From Desulfobacterales bacterium (GTDB lineage: Bacteria > Desulfobacterota > Desulfobacteria > Desulfobacterales > G963662235), in contig OY759308.1 in the NCBI GenBank assembly GCA_963662235.1, positions 1,004,861-1,068,860 on the forward strand: a DNA stretch of 64,000 bases, in the 5' to 3' direction. A model generated the notes under the pieces. That model searched no databases, had not been told where the DNA came from, and saw only the letters and a program-made list of their open reading frames with translations. This document shows, one piece after another, positions 38,019 through 48,896 of this stretch (the first letter of the stretch is position 1; each line of letters starts with the position of its first letter). A program made the position numbers and the translations under genes.

Positions 38019-39593
38019 ATGGTTTTTTTAAGAAGTAATAAAAAAAACATTTCGATAATAGTAGCTATTTATTTGGTAGCTAATTTTTTCCTTTTATTAA
38101 ATTATAATGGTATATACTGGGATGCTTGGTGTTTTCATAATCACAGTTTTAATACATTTAGTGTTATATTTTTACAGTCATCTAATATTGCTGGATATGT
38201 TATGAGCATTTTGCATTATATCTTGCTTCATATAGGGAATGGGATTTTTATTTATAGAATTTTAACAGTTTTGATGTTGTTACTTTCTGGTTTGTTTGTT
38301 TATAATATTTTGAAAACACTTAGCTTTTATACAAAAAGAGATAGATTTATCATTACTTTGTTTTTTCTTTTGGCACCATTGTATATTGCAAGAGTAACCA
38401 TTGGTGTTTTAACAAATACTTTTTTTTATTTTTTGTTTTTCTTGTCATTTTTTCTATTATCGAAGTATTATAACAGCTTAAATGTATTAAAACGAGTAAC
38501 AATCCTTTCTTTGTTTTTCTTGTCATTTCTTATGAATTCACTCTTAGTATTTTATTTCATTGTTCTGTTATTTCTTTTTTATCAAAAATATTCTTGTAAG
38601 TTAAGTGTTCTTAAGAATTTTTGTGTTTTTATTTATAGAAATATAGATTTTATATTTTTACCAATAGTTTTTTATATTGTGAAAGTAAATTATTTTTTCC
38701 CTTATGGACTATATTATAATTACAATAAAATAGATTTTTTAAAATCTTTTAATTTTAATGATTATTGTTTGGTTTTCCAAAATAATTTTATTATTCCTAT
38801 TCGACAAACATTTTCTTTAGTACCTCCAATACTCTTTATTATTTTATTCTTTGTTTTTTTGTTGTTTTTAAGACGAAACACAAAAAGTAAATTTGAATCA
38901 TATTATATTTATTCTTTTTTATTAGGTATACTTTTTTTTATTTTAGGTGCTTTCCCATATTTATCTGTTGGGAAAATACCAACTCTTTTTGATTGGGATT
39001 CTAGGCATCAAATCTTACTTTTTTTAGGATTTAGTTTTATATTATATTTTGGGATAGAAATAGTGCTAACTTTATTAAAAATAAGCATAATTAGGAATTA
39101 TCTATATACTTTAATCATGGTAAGTTTTGTCTTATTTCATCTGAAGATTCAATATCACTACAACATAGATTGGTTTTATCAGGAAAGTATTATGGAAAAT
39201 ATAAAAGAGAATAAAAAAATAGCAAATAATAGCACTTTTATTGTAGATGTAATTCTTTTTGATAAACTGGTTAATAATCGAAAATTTCGTGCTTATGAAC
39301 TTAATGGAATGTCCAGAAAAGCAACTAAATTGGATAATAAATTTTATGCACAATATGAAAAGGAAATTGAATTTTATAAAGACTGCAGAGATTATAAGCA
39401 ATATAACTTTTCAGATTGGAATTATTCTTTGCCTATTCACATAACAATATCTGATAACCTTAATAATGGGCTTAATCAATCGAGGTGGAGGAAAATGTTG
39501 TATTTTTTTAAATTAAAATATTGGGGGATTTTTGAGAGAAATTACTTTAAAGAGCAAGTCAAAAATTTAATATTTTTTAAAGTTAAAGAGTAA
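38019..39593 (+). CDS. Multi-pass membrane protein, putative GT-C-fold (Gtr-type) glycosyltransferase
   Basis: Many hydrophobic segments, YWD in first loop, PYGLY..YNKI shared with the 46175 and 50274 proteins. Confidence 0.65.
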   Translation: MVFLRSNKKNISIIVAIYLVANFFLLLNYNGIYWDAWCFHNHSFNTFSVIFLQSSNIAGYVMSILHYILLHIGNGIFIYRILTVLMLLLSGLFVYNILKTLSFYTKRDRFIITLFFLLAPLYIARVTIGVLTNTFFYFLFFLSFFLLSKYYNSLNVLKRVTILSLFFLSFLMNSLLVFYFIVLLFLFYQKYSCKLSVLKNFCVFIYRNIDFIFLPIVFYIVKVNYFFPYGLYYNYNKIDFLKSFNFNDYCLVFQNNFIIPIRQTFSLVPPILFIILFFVFLLFLRRNTKSKFESYYIYSFLLGILFFILGAFPYLSVGKIPTLFDWDSRHQILLFLGFSFILYFGIEIVLTLLKISIIRNYLYTLIMVSFVLFHLKIQYHYNIDWFYQESIMENIKENKKIANNSTFIVDVILFDKLVNNRKFRAYELNGMSRKATKLDNKFYAQYEKEIEFYKDCRDYKQYNFSDWNYSLPIHITISDNLNNGLNQSRWRKMLYFFKLKYWGIFERNYFKEQVKNLIFFKVKE

Positions 39594-39597
39594 GAAT

Positions 39598-40737
39598 TTG
39601 AAAGAGATAATTGATTTTATAAAACAGACTTTTGGTATTCAGGGATTTATACCTCTGCATGAACCAAGATTTTTAGGTAATGAAAAAAAATATCTTAACG
39701 ATTGTGTTGATTCAACTTTTGTTTCCAGTGTTGGAAAATATGTTGATTTTTTTGAAAAAGAGTTTGCAAAAATAGTTGGGTCTAAATTTGCAGTTGCGAC
39801 TGTAAATGGAACAGCTGCTCTGCATATTTCTCTTATTTTAGCAGGAGTTCAAGCAGATAATGAAGTTATTACTCAACCTATCACTTTTATAGCCACATGT
39901 AATGCAATTTCCTATTGTGGGGCAAAACCAATATTTTTGGATGTAGATTTAGATACAATGGGTTTAAGCTCTAAATCGTTAAAGAATTTTTTAGAATTAA
40001 ATTGTGAAATTAAAGATGACAAATGTATTAATAAGATAACAAATAAAATTATTAAAGCTTGTGTTCCTATGCATACCTTTGGACATCCTTGCAAAATAGA
40101 TGAGATTAAAGAAATTTGTGATGAATGGAATATTGTTTTAATTGAAGATAGTGCAGAATCGTTAGGAAGTTATTATAAAAAAAAACATACTGGAACTTTT
40201 GGGGAAATAGGAGTTTTTTCTTTTAATGGGAATAAAATAGTCACCTCAGGAGGAGGAGGTGTAATTGTTACAGACGATGAAGCTTTGGCAAAAAGAGCAA
40301 AGCATATAACAACAACAGCAAAAATTTCTCATCCTTATGAGTATGTGCATAACGAAATTGGATATAATTATAGAATGCCAAATATAAATGCGGCACTTCT
40401 TGTTGCACAACTTGAACAATTGGATAATTTTTTAAAATCTAAAAGAGAGTTAGCTTTTTTGTATGAAGATTTTTTTAAAAAACACAATTTTATAGAATTT
40501 ATTAAAGAGCCTGAAAATGCCAAATCCAATTATTGGCTTCAAGCAGTTAAATTTAAAAACAGACAACAACGAGATGAATTTTTAGAATATTCTAATAAGA
40601 ATGGTGTAATGACTAGACCCATTTGGAAATTAATGAATGAATTGGATATGTTTGCATCTTGCCAAAAAGATGATTTGAAAAACGCAAAGTATCTGGAAGA
40701 AAGAGTTGTGAATATACCAAGTTCGGTAAGAATATGA
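39598..40737 (+). CDS. legC: LegC-family aminotransferase
   Basis: IPLHEP, NGTAALH, SFNGNK..T.GGGG, GYNYRMPNINAA. Confidence 0.92.
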   Translation: MKEIIDFIKQTFGIQGFIPLHEPRFLGNEKKYLNDCVDSTFVSSVGKYVDFFEKEFAKIVGSKFAVATVNGTAALHISLILAGVQADNEVITQPITFIATCNAISYCGAKPIFLDVDLDTMGLSSKSLKNFLELNCEIKDDKCINKITNKIIKACVPMHTFGHPCKIDEIKEICDEWNIVLIEDSAESLGSYYKKKHTGTFGEIGVFSFNGNKIVTSGGGGVIVTDDEALAKRAKHITTTAKISHPYEYVHNEIGYNYRMPNINAALLVAQLEQLDNFLKSKRELAFLYEDFFKKHNFIEFIKEPENAKSNYWLQAVKFKNRQQRDEFLEYSNKNGVMTRPIWKLMNELDMFASCQKDDLKNAKYLEERVVNIPSSVRI

Positions 40738-41312
40738 AAAAAGAGAAGATAATACTGATAGGTGGTGGTGGACATTGTAGGAGCCTTATTGATGTTATTG
40801 AACAAGAAAACAAATTTGAAATTGCAGGTATTATTGAAAAAAAAGAATTAATAGGTTCATCTGTGCTTGGATATAAGGTTATTGGATGTGATGATGATTT
40901 ATTGGGTATTTTTAAAAATATTAAAAATGCGATTGTTTCTATTGGGCATTTAGAGAGCAATATATCAAGAGTATCTTTATATAACAAATTAAAGAATATC
41001 GGTTTTAACTTACCTATAATCATATCACCATTGGCTTATGTATCAAAGTATGCGAATATTGACGAAGGAACAGTTGTTATGCATCAGGCTTTAGTAAATT
41101 CAAATGTGAAAATTGGGAAAAATTGTATTATAAATTCAAAAGCCTTAATTGAGCATGATGTTATTGTTGGGGACCATTGTCATATTTCTACAGGTAGCGT
41201 CTTAAATGGTGAAGTAGTTGTGGGAAATAACACTTTTTTTGGAAGTAATGCTACTTCAATACAATGTAGTAATATTAATGGCTTTGTAAAAGCAGGGAGT
41301 GTCTTTAAATGA
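40734..41312 (+). CDS. NeuD/PglD-family sugar acetyltransferase
   Basis: GGGGH N-terminus, hexapeptide repeats, IEHD. Confidence 0.9.
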   Translation: MKKEKIILIGGGGHCRSLIDVIEQENKFEIAGIIEKKELIGSSVLGYKVIGCDDDLLGIFKNIKNAIVSIGHLESNISRVSLYNKLKNIGFNLPIIISPLAYVSKYANIDEGTVVMHQALVNSNVKIGKNCIINSKALIEHDVIVGDHCHISTGSVLNGEVVVGNNTFFGSNATSIQCSNINGFVKAGSVFK

Positions 41313-42307
41313 GCAAAGTCTTTATTATAGCAGAAGCTGGTGTTAATCATAATGGTTCTATTGAACTGGCTAAAAAACTTGTAGACGTAGCGGTTGAAGC
41401 TGGCGTAGATGCTGTTAAATTCCAAACATTTAAAGCAGAAAACTTAGTTTGCCAAAATGCTCAAAAGGCTGAGTATCAAAAGCAGATTACCAATAGTAAT
41501 GAATCTCAGTTTGATATGCTAAAAAAACTTGAGTTGGATATTAAATCGCATAAGGAGTTAATTGCATATTGTAATAGTAAAAAAATAATTTTTTTATCAA
41601 CTCCCTTTGATAGTGATAGTATAAAACTTTTAGATAATTTAGGTTTAGACATTTTTAAAATTCCCAGTGGTGAAATTACTAATCTTCCATATTTAAGAGA
41701 AATTGGAAAATTAAATAAAAAAGTGATTTTATCAACAGGAATGGCTGATATTGGTGAGATTGAAGATGCTTTGGATATTTTAATTAAAGCAGGTACTAAA
41801 AAAGATAATATAATAATATTACATGCGAATACGGAATATCCAACACCAATGGAGGATGTAAATTTAAAAGCAATGGTTACTATTGGGAAAACTTTTGATA
41901 TAGCATATGGTTATAGTGACCACACTTTAGGGACAGAGGTTGATATTGCAGCTGTGGCGATGGGTGCTTGTTGTATCGAAAAACATTTCACTTTAGATAA
42001 AATGATGGAAGGTCCTGATCATAAAGCAAGTTTAGAACCAGACGAATTGAAGCAGATGGTTAAAACAATTAGAAATATTGAATTAGCTTTAGGGATAGAG
42101 GTAAAAAAACCAAGTAAAAGTGAATCAAAGAATAAACAAATTGCGAGAAAATCGATAGTCGCTAAAGTGGCTATCAAAAAAGGTGAAATCCTAACAGAAG
42201 GCAATCTTGCTACAAAAAGACCAGCTGATGGAATTAGTCCAATGAGATGGGATGATATAGTGGGGACAACTGCTCAAAAAGATTATAAAGAAGATGAATT
42301 AATATGA
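41309..42307 (+). CDS. neuB: Nonulosonic acid synthase (NeuB/LegI)
   Basis: IAEAGVNHNG, KFQ, SDHT, IEKHFTLD, C-terminal SAF domain. Confidence 0.93.
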   Translation: MSKVFIIAEAGVNHNGSIELAKKLVDVAVEAGVDAVKFQTFKAENLVCQNAQKAEYQKQITNSNESQFDMLKKLELDIKSHKELIAYCNSKKIIFLSTPFDSDSIKLLDNLGLDIFKIPSGEITNLPYLREIGKLNKKVILSTGMADIGEIEDALDILIKAGTKKDNIIILHANTEYPTPMEDVNLKAMVTIGKTFDIAYGYSDHTLGTEVDIAAVAMGACCIEKHFTLDKMMEGPDHKASLEPDELKQMVKTIRNIELALGIEVKKPSKSESKNKQIARKSIVAKVAIKKGEILTEGNLATKRPADGISPMRWDDIVGTTAQKDYKEDELI

Positions 42308-43479
42308 AAAAAGTATGTGTAGTTACAGGAACTAGAGCTGAGTATGGTCTTTTATATTGGTTGATGAAAGAGATTGAGGCTGATAAAGATTTGGAACTTC
42401 AATTAATAGTTACTGGTATGCATTTAAGTTCTGAATTTGGATTAACTTATAGAGAGATAGAAAAAGAGTTTAAAATTAATAAAAAAATTGAAATGCTTTT
42501 ATCTTCAGATACATCTATAGGCATATCTAAATCAATGGGGTTAGCTCAAATATCTTTTGCAGAAGCTTATGAAGAATTAAAACCTGATTTGATAATTTTC
42601 CTTGGGGATAGATATGAAATATTTTCTGCAGCAAGTACGGCAATGATTGCTAAAATTCCTATTGTGCATATACATGGGGGAGAACTTACAGAAGGTGCAT
42701 TTGATGATGCAATAAGACATAGTATAACAAAAATGAGCCATATTCATTTTACGGCTATTGATGAATATAGAAACCGTGTTATTCAGTTAGGAGAAAATCC
42801 AAAGAGAGTTTTTAATGTTGGTGGAATGGGAATTGAAAATATAAAAAGATTGAAACTTTTATCTAAAGATGACTTTGAAAATTCTATTAATTTCAGATTA
42901 AATCAAAAAAATATTTTGGTTACTTTCCATCCTGTTACTTTGGAAAATATGACTGCACAAACTCAATTCCAAGAATTATTAGTTGCCATTGATTCGTTAG
43001 AAAATACAAATGTAATTTTCACAAAAGCAAATAGTGATACCGATGGAAGAATTATAAATCAAATGATTGATGAGTATATAGCAAATAACTCTCATAAATC
43101 TGTAGGTTTCACTTCTTTAGGGCAAGTAAGATATTTAAGTGCTCTTCAATTTGTTGATGCTGTTTTAGGAAATAGTTCAAGTGGCCTTACGGAAGTTCCC
43201 AGCTTTAAAATCGGCACAATCAACATTGGAGACAGGCAAAAGGGTCGAATTAAAGCCAAAAGTGTAATTGATTGTAAGCCAGAGTTAAATAGTATAAAAA
43301 ATGCATTCAATATTCTTTATTCAAAGAAATTCCAAACAGAGTTAAAAAGTGTAGTTAATCCATATGGCGATGAATGTAGCAGTGCAAAAATTGTGAGTGT
43401 ATTAAAAAAAATAGATTTAAAAAATGTATTAAAAAAAACTTTTTATGATGTTAAGGTTTTAGATGATAGAGATAAATAA
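42304..43479 (+). CDS. neuC: Hydrolysing NDP-sugar 2-epimerase (NeuC/LegG)
   Basis: TGTRAEYG, GDRYE, HIHGGE, GNSSSG. Confidence 0.93.
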   Translation: MKKVCVVTGTRAEYGLLYWLMKEIEADKDLELQLIVTGMHLSSEFGLTYREIEKEFKINKKIEMLLSSDTSIGISKSMGLAQISFAEAYEELKPDLIIFLGDRYEIFSAASTAMIAKIPIVHIHGGELTEGAFDDAIRHSITKMSHIHFTAIDEYRNRVIQLGENPKRVFNVGGMGIENIKRLKLLSKDDFENSINFRLNQKNILVTFHPVTLENMTAQTQFQELLVAIDSLENTNVIFTKANSDTDGRIINQMIDEYIANNSHKSVGFTSLGQVRYLSALQFVDAVLGNSSSGLTEVPSFKIGTINIGDRQKGRIKAKSVIDCKPELNSIKNAFNILYSKKFQTELKSVVNPYGDECSSAKIVSVLKKIDLKNVLKKTFYDVKVLDDRDK

Positions 43480-44509
43480 AATTAAATTAAAACAAAATTC
43501 TACAATTAAAGATGCTCTTCAAATTATTGATAATGGCGGTAAACAAATTGCTTTGGTTGTGAATGAATATGATAAGTTAATAGGCACGATAACTGATGGA
43601 GATATTAGAAGAGGTCTACTAAAAGGTCTGAATGTTGAAAGCTCTATTGAAAGTGTTGTTTTTAAAACTCCTACAATTGCAAAAATAAGTAATACCAGAG
43701 AAGAAATTTTAAAAATCGCCTTAGAAAAAAAACTACATCAAATTCCTGTGGTAGATGATATGGGGCATGTTGTTGGTCTTGAAGAGATAGAAGAGTTAAT
43801 TAAACCCAAATATAAAAAAAACAGAGTAGTACTTATGGTTGGGGGGTTAGGTTCCAGATTAAAACCACTTACAGAAAAAGTCCCCAAACCTATGTTAAAA
43901 GTCGGTAATAAACCTATTTTACAAACTATAGTGGAAAAATTTGCTGAATATGGATATTGTAATTTCACTATGTGCTTAAATTACAAATCAAATATTATTC
44001 AAAATTATTTTAGTGATGGCAAAGATTTTGGTGTTAATATTGATTATATTTGTGAAAAGAAAAGAATGGGTACAGCTGGTGCTCTAAGTTTATTAGAAGA
44101 AAAGCCATATGAACCTTTCTTTGTTATGAATGGAGATTTATTAACGAATGTCAATTTTGAGCATTTGTTTAATTTCCACATTGCAAACGACTCTATGGGA
44201 ACTATGTGTGTACGCGAATATGATTTTCAAGTACCTTATGGAGTTGTAAATATTGACGAAAATAAGATTTTTTCTATTGAGGAAAAGCCTACCCATAAAT
44301 TTTTTGTTAGTGCAGGTATTTATTTGTTAAACCCCAAAGTATTAGATTTCATTCCTAAAGATACTTTTTACGATATGCCTGATCTTTTTAACGAACTTAT
44401 ACAAGCTAAACATAATGTTATTTCTTTTCCAATTAGAGAATATTGGTTAGATATTGGACATATAAATGAATACAAACGAGCCAATGAAGAGTATAATGAG
44501 GTCTTTTAA
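43463..44509 (+). CDS. CBS-domain nucleotidyltransferase (PtmE/LgaF-like)
   Basis: TDGDIRR CBS pair, GGLGSRL.P....PKPML, MGTAGAL, NGD. Confidence 0.9.
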   Translation: MIEINKIKLKQNSTIKDALQIIDNGGKQIALVVNEYDKLIGTITDGDIRRGLLKGLNVESSIESVVFKTPTIAKISNTREEILKIALEKKLHQIPVVDDMGHVVGLEEIEELIKPKYKKNRVVLMVGGLGSRLKPLTEKVPKPMLKVGNKPILQTIVEKFAEYGYCNFTMCLNYKSNIIQNYFSDGKDFGVNIDYICEKKRMGTAGALSLLEEKPYEPFFVMNGDLLTNVNFEHLFNFHIANDSMGTMCVREYDFQVPYGVVNIDENKIFSIEEKPTHKFFVSAGIYLLNPKVLDFIPKDTFYDMPDLFNELIQAKHNVISFPIREYWLDIGHINEYKRANEEYNEVF

Positions 44510-45421
44510 TTGAAAGTTTTACTCATAGGGTTCGGTTCTATAGGGAAAAGACATTGTGAAGTTTTATCTAATTTTTCCAAAATTAAGAAAATAGATTTAG
44601 TTACCAAGCAAGATATCAAAAACAAAATGTGTTACAAAAGTTTGGATTTTGTATCTGATTTAAATCAATATGATTATTTTGTTATATCTAGCGAAACCAA
44701 TAAACATTATGAACAATTACAATTTTTAGAAGAGAGGGTAAAAGATAAACTAATATTTTGCGAGAAACCTTTGTTTGAGGCTAAAAGAGAGCTAAAAATA
44801 AAAAATAATCGTGTCTATATAGGATATGTCCTTAGATTCTATCCTTTATTAGCAAAATTAAAAGAAATTTTATCGCACGAAACAGTTCTTTCTGTAAATG
44901 TTAGATGTGGTCAATATTTACCATTTTGGAGACCAAATACCGATTATAAAAACTCATATAGTTCAAAAAAGGATAAAGGCGGAGGGGTTTTATTAGATTT
45001 AAGCCACGAAATAGATTATATACAGTGGATGTTTGGTGAGTTTGATGAAATTAATTCTTATCAGGTAAAAGTTTCTGATTTAGAAATTGATTCAGACGAC
45101 CTAACGATATTAATTGGGAAAACGATTAAAGGCATTTTTGTAAGTCTTTCTTTGGATTATATAAGTAAAATAACACATAGAGATATAATTGTAGAAACTC
45201 TTAACTATACATATGTATTAGATTTTATTTTAAATAAGATGATTCGAAAGGGAAAAGATGGAAAAGAAAAAAGTTTCGAAATTCCAAATTTTGAAAGAAA
45301 TTTTATGTTTGAAAAAATGCATACAGATGTTCTATCCAAAAGAAAAAATGTATGTGCTTATAAAGAAGCTTTAAAGGTAATGAATACGATTGCGATTATA
45401 CAGGAACAAAATAATGAGTAA
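44510..45421 (+). CDS. Gfo/Idh/MocA oxidoreductase (PtmF/ElaA-like)
   Basis: GFGSIGKRH, EKP, GGGVLLDLSHEID. Confidence 0.88.
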   Translation: MKVLLIGFGSIGKRHCEVLSNFSKIKKIDLVTKQDIKNKMCYKSLDFVSDLNQYDYFVISSETNKHYEQLQFLEERVKDKLIFCEKPLFEAKRELKIKNNRVYIGYVLRFYPLLAKLKEILSHETVLSVNVRCGQYLPFWRPNTDYKNSYSSKKDKGGGVLLDLSHEIDYIQWMFGEFDEINSYQVKVSDLEIDSDDLTILIGKTIKGIFVSLSLDYISKITHRDIIVETLNYTYVLDFILNKMIRKGKDGKEKSFEIPNFERNFMFEKMHTDVLSKRKNVCAYKEALKVMNTIAIIQEQNNE

Positions 45422-46115
45422 TATCTTATGTACGATTTGTGCGAGAGGTGGCTCTAAGGGTGTTCAAAATAAAAATATTAAAGATTTGTGTGGGAAACCG
45501 CTTATCTCCTATACAATAGAACAAGCAAAAGCTTCAGGTCTTTTTGAACATATTGTTATTAGCACAGATAGTGATGATATCGCCAATATTTCAAAAGGAT
45601 ATGGAGCCGAAGTTTTTTTTAAAAGAAGTGCCAATATGGCAAGTGATATGGCTGGAAAACTTGAGGTTATTAAAGATGCTTTTAAAAAAAGTGAAGAATA
45701 TTACAATAAAAATTTTGATTATTTGATAGATTTGGATGCGACTGCGCCACTTAGAAGAGTTGATGATATAATTAACTCTTTTGAACAATTTAAAAAAAAT
45801 AATAATGACAATTTAATAACAGCAATGCCAAGTAGAAGAAGCCCATATTTTAATCTTATAGAACAAGATAAAGTTGGGAAGGTTTATTTATCAAAAAAAC
45901 TTGATAGTGCAGTTGTTCGAAGACAAGATGCTCCAAAATCTTATGATATGAATGCTTCTATTTATATATGGAAAAGAGATGCTATCTTAAATGAAAGTTC
46001 TATTTTCTTGGAAAAAACTGGATTATACATTATGCCAGAAGAACGCTCAATAGACATTGATAGCGAATTGGATTTTAAATTTGTAGAGTTTGTAATGAAA
46101 CAAAAGTTAAACTAA
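45414..46115 (+). CDS. Acylneuraminate cytidylyltransferase (PtmB/LegF/ElaB-like)
   Basis: ARGGSKG..KN, STDS, RRQD, SIDID. Confidence 0.93.
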   Translation: MSNILCTICARGGSKGVQNKNIKDLCGKPLISYTIEQAKASGLFEHIVISTDSDDIANISKGYGAEVFFKRSANMASDMAGKLEVIKDAFKKSEEYYNKNFDYLIDLDATAPLRRVDDIINSFEQFKKNNNDNLITAMPSRRSPYFNLIEQDKVGKVYLSKKLDSAVVRRQDAPKSYDMNASIYIWKRDAILNESSIFLEKTGLYIMPEERSIDIDSELDFKFVEFVMKQKLN

Positions 46116-46174
46116 TCACATTGAAATTATTTTAATGATTTTATTTATAATGTTTTATTGGAGTAATTATTTTT

Positions 46175-47662
46175 ATGACAATGAATAAAGGAATATTTTA
46201 TTTATTTTTTTTATTAGTTTCTATTCCCATTATGTTCATAACTAATGATTTTTGGGATGGTACTATTGTTCATTATGCTTTTCGTATTAATGATTTATCG
46301 GCTTTAAAAGTTTGGTTTTCTGAAAGCAGATTATATTTACAATATTATTTATTCTATATAGTTCATTGTTTTTCTAATTTAAGTGGAATATCAGAAGCGA
46401 TATGGTTAAAAACAATAGTTCTTTTGTCATTGTTTGGTACTACATTAGAAGTAAAACATTTATCTAAAACATTATTAAATCTTTCAGAAAAACAATCTTA
46501 TATCCCAGCATATTTTTTTTTATTATATCCTGCTTGGCATGTTTTGGTAACTAATGTATTAGTAGCATATATTTTTTTTATTTGGATGCTTGTTTTAGGA
46601 TTTAGGTTTATAGTAGGAAAAAGAAAAGTTATCATTGGGTGTTTATTTGTTGTCCTTTCGTTACAATTAAATTCTAATTTTATGATGTTATGTGCTTTAA
46701 TTTTAAGTAAGTACATTTCTGATCGTTATATTTATTATAGAAAAACAAATTTACTTAAGTTTGTAGTTTATATTTTTTTAATAGTTGTTTTGTTTATTAT
46801 ATATAAAGTTCAGTTCCCACCTTATGGGCTTTATAGTGATTATAATAAAATCAATTTCTGTATTAAAACAATTTATGATATCATATTTTCATTTAAGCGT
46901 TTTTTCCAATTTGTTTTACCCATTGTTTTTTTCCCTATTTTAACTTTAATATTAAGTAAGAAGTTAATAGATAAAAAAATAATAGTTCCAATTATCATAA
47001 TTTTTCTTCTTTTTTTCGCATCAATTTTCCCATATGCAGTTGTTAACAAATATCCATATGTTGATGATTTTTATAGGTGGAGTTTTAGAAATACATTGTT
47101 ACTTGGGATTCCTGTTTCTATGTTTTTAGGATATTTGTTTGTGTTTATGTTAGAAGAAAAATCTAAAAATAGAATTATAAGTATATTTTTAATTATTAGC
47201 TTAATTATTAGTTCTGTTTTTTTATTTAAGGGATTTTATTATAAAGCTAAAAGTGAACTTTATCATAATGCCTTTATTAAAGCACTACAAGACATAGATA
47301 AACCTATAAAGAGCTTAGTGCATATAAAATTAAATCAAAAAAAATCAAATTATTTAGAAGCTATAGCAGATTATGAATTAAATGCACTTTTCCAAAGAGC
47401 ATATGGAGAGTGCGGTTGGATGGCGAAAATAGATTATAATAATTTTGCTTCAAAATATGAACTTAGTGAATCTGATAAAATGATGTTAAGATCTGAATAT
47501 AGAAATAAATATCTCACAGTGAATGTTGATACTACTAAGTTGGTTAATTTAAATTTGGAACAAATAGATAATTTATCATTTTTTGATGTTATATTTCTTC
47601 ATAATAAAGATTTATATAAAATAAGCTTTTATAGTCAATATGATTTAAAAATGGTAAATTAA
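46175..47662 (+). CDS. Putative GT-C-fold membrane glycosyltransferase, paralogue 1
   Basis: 495 aa, many TMs, DFWD first-loop motif, adjacent to gtrB. Confidence 0.7.
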   Translation: MTMNKGIFYLFFLLVSIPIMFITNDFWDGTIVHYAFRINDLSALKVWFSESRLYLQYYLFYIVHCFSNLSGISEAIWLKTIVLLSLFGTTLEVKHLSKTLLNLSEKQSYIPAYFFLLYPAWHVLVTNVLVAYIFFIWMLVLGFRFIVGKRKVIIGCLFVVLSLQLNSNFMMLCALILSKYISDRYIYYRKTNLLKFVVYIFLIVVLFIIYKVQFPPYGLYSDYNKINFCIKTIYDIIFSFKRFFQFVLPIVFFPILTLILSKKLIDKKIIVPIIIIFLLFFASIFPYAVVNKYPYVDDFYRWSFRNTLLLGIPVSMFLGYLFVFMLEEKSKNRIISIFLIISLIISSVFLFKGFYYKAKSELYHNAFIKALQDIDKPIKSLVHIKLNQKKSNYLEAIADYELNALFQRAYGECGWMAKIDYNNFASKYELSESDKMMLRSEYRNKYLTVNVDTTKLVNLNLEQIDNLSFFDVIFLHNKDLYKISFYSQYDLKMVN

Positions 47663-47760
47663 TGTTTAAATATAATGTAGTTGTAAGAACAGGATAGTAA
47701 ATTAATTTATAAAAAGAATAAAATATGAATAGTATAACTTTTATAAAACTTATAAAGTTC
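47662..47760 (+). pseudogene. Decayed 5' copy of the SDR (ptmA-like) gene
   Basis: 47662-47694 is 27/33 identical to 51761-51793 and overlaps the upstream stop in the same way. Confidence 0.7.
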
Positions 47761-47857
47761 TTTCTATAAGGTTGAATTTTAGATGTTACTTTATAGCTTG
47801 TCCAAAATCTTATAGATGTGTTAAATTTGTATAATTTTTTATGAAGGAAATTTGTAA

Positions 47858-48796
47858 ATGATGGAGAAAAAAAATAACCCAATAATTAGTATTGTTTGCC
47901 CTGTTTATAATGAAGAAGATGTAATACCTTTTTTCATAACAGAGATTTTAGAGACTATAAAAGAAATAGGTAAGACATATGAAATTATTTTTATAAATGA
48001 TGGTAGTTTTGATAACACTTTACAAGTTCTTTTGAATCAACAAAATACACTTCCAAGCATTAAAATAATTAATTTATCTAGAAATTTTGGGAAAGAATCA
48101 GCTTTAACAGCTGGATTTGATTATGCATCAGGGGAGGTGATTATACCTATTGATGTGGATTTACAAGACCCCCCCAAGCTCATTATAGAATTTATTAAGC
48201 ATTGGGAAAATGGTAGCGAAGTTGTAGTTGGGAAAAGGATAGACAGGTCAGAAGATACTTTTTTGAAACGTTTTACAGCTAGTATCTTTTATAAGATTCA
48301 TAATAAGATATCCAACGTTAAAATACCTGAAAATGTGGGTGATTATCGATTGTTTACAAGACTAGTTTTAAATGCCATTAAATTATTACCTGAAAATCAA
48401 AGATTTATGAAAGGTGTTTTTGCATGGGTTGGTTTTAAAGTTACTGTCGTTGAATATAAGAGAAATAAACGGAAAGCAGGGAAAACGAAGTTTACTGGCT
48501 GGAAACTTTGGAATTTTGCACTTGAAGGTATTACCTCTTTTAGTACGCTTCCTCTAAGATTTTGGACTTATCTAGGATTTATAGTTTCACTTATGTCGTT
48601 TATTTATGGTAGTTGTATCATAATCCCTTCTTTTATACAAGGAATAGATGTCCCAAGTTATAAAACAACAATTTTTATAATATTATTTTTTGGAGGATTA
48701 CAATTGATTGGTATTGGTATTTTAGGAGAATATTTAGGCAGGATCTATATAGAATCTAAACGAAGACCAATATACATAATAGATAAAATTTTTTAA
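47858..48796 (+). CDS. gtrB: Bactoprenol glycosyltransferase, GtrB family (GT2)
   Basis: PVYNEE, NDGS.D, LSRNFGKE, DVDLQDPP, GDYRL, FMKG.FAWVGF, two TMs, GEYLGRIY.E.K.RP. Confidence 0.9.
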   Translation: MMEKKNNPIISIVCPVYNEEDVIPFFITEILETIKEIGKTYEIIFINDGSFDNTLQVLLNQQNTLPSIKIINLSRNFGKESALTAGFDYASGEVIIPIDVDLQDPPKLIIEFIKHWENGSEVVVGKRIDRSEDTFLKRFTASIFYKIHNKISNVKIPENVGDYRLFTRLVLNAIKLLPENQRFMKGVFAWVGFKVTVVEYKRNKRKAGKTKFTGWKLWNFALEGITSFSTLPLRFWTYLGFIVSLMSFIYGSCIIIPSFIQGIDVPSYKTTIFIILFFGGLQLIGIGILGEYLGRIYIESKRRPIYIIDKIF

Positions 48797-48896
48797 GTTT
48801 GATATGATTAGATTTAGTGTATAATGATTAAAAAGAAAGGGATATGGATGGTTTAAAGCTATAAGAAATATACTAAAGAAGCTTATTGAAAAAAAG

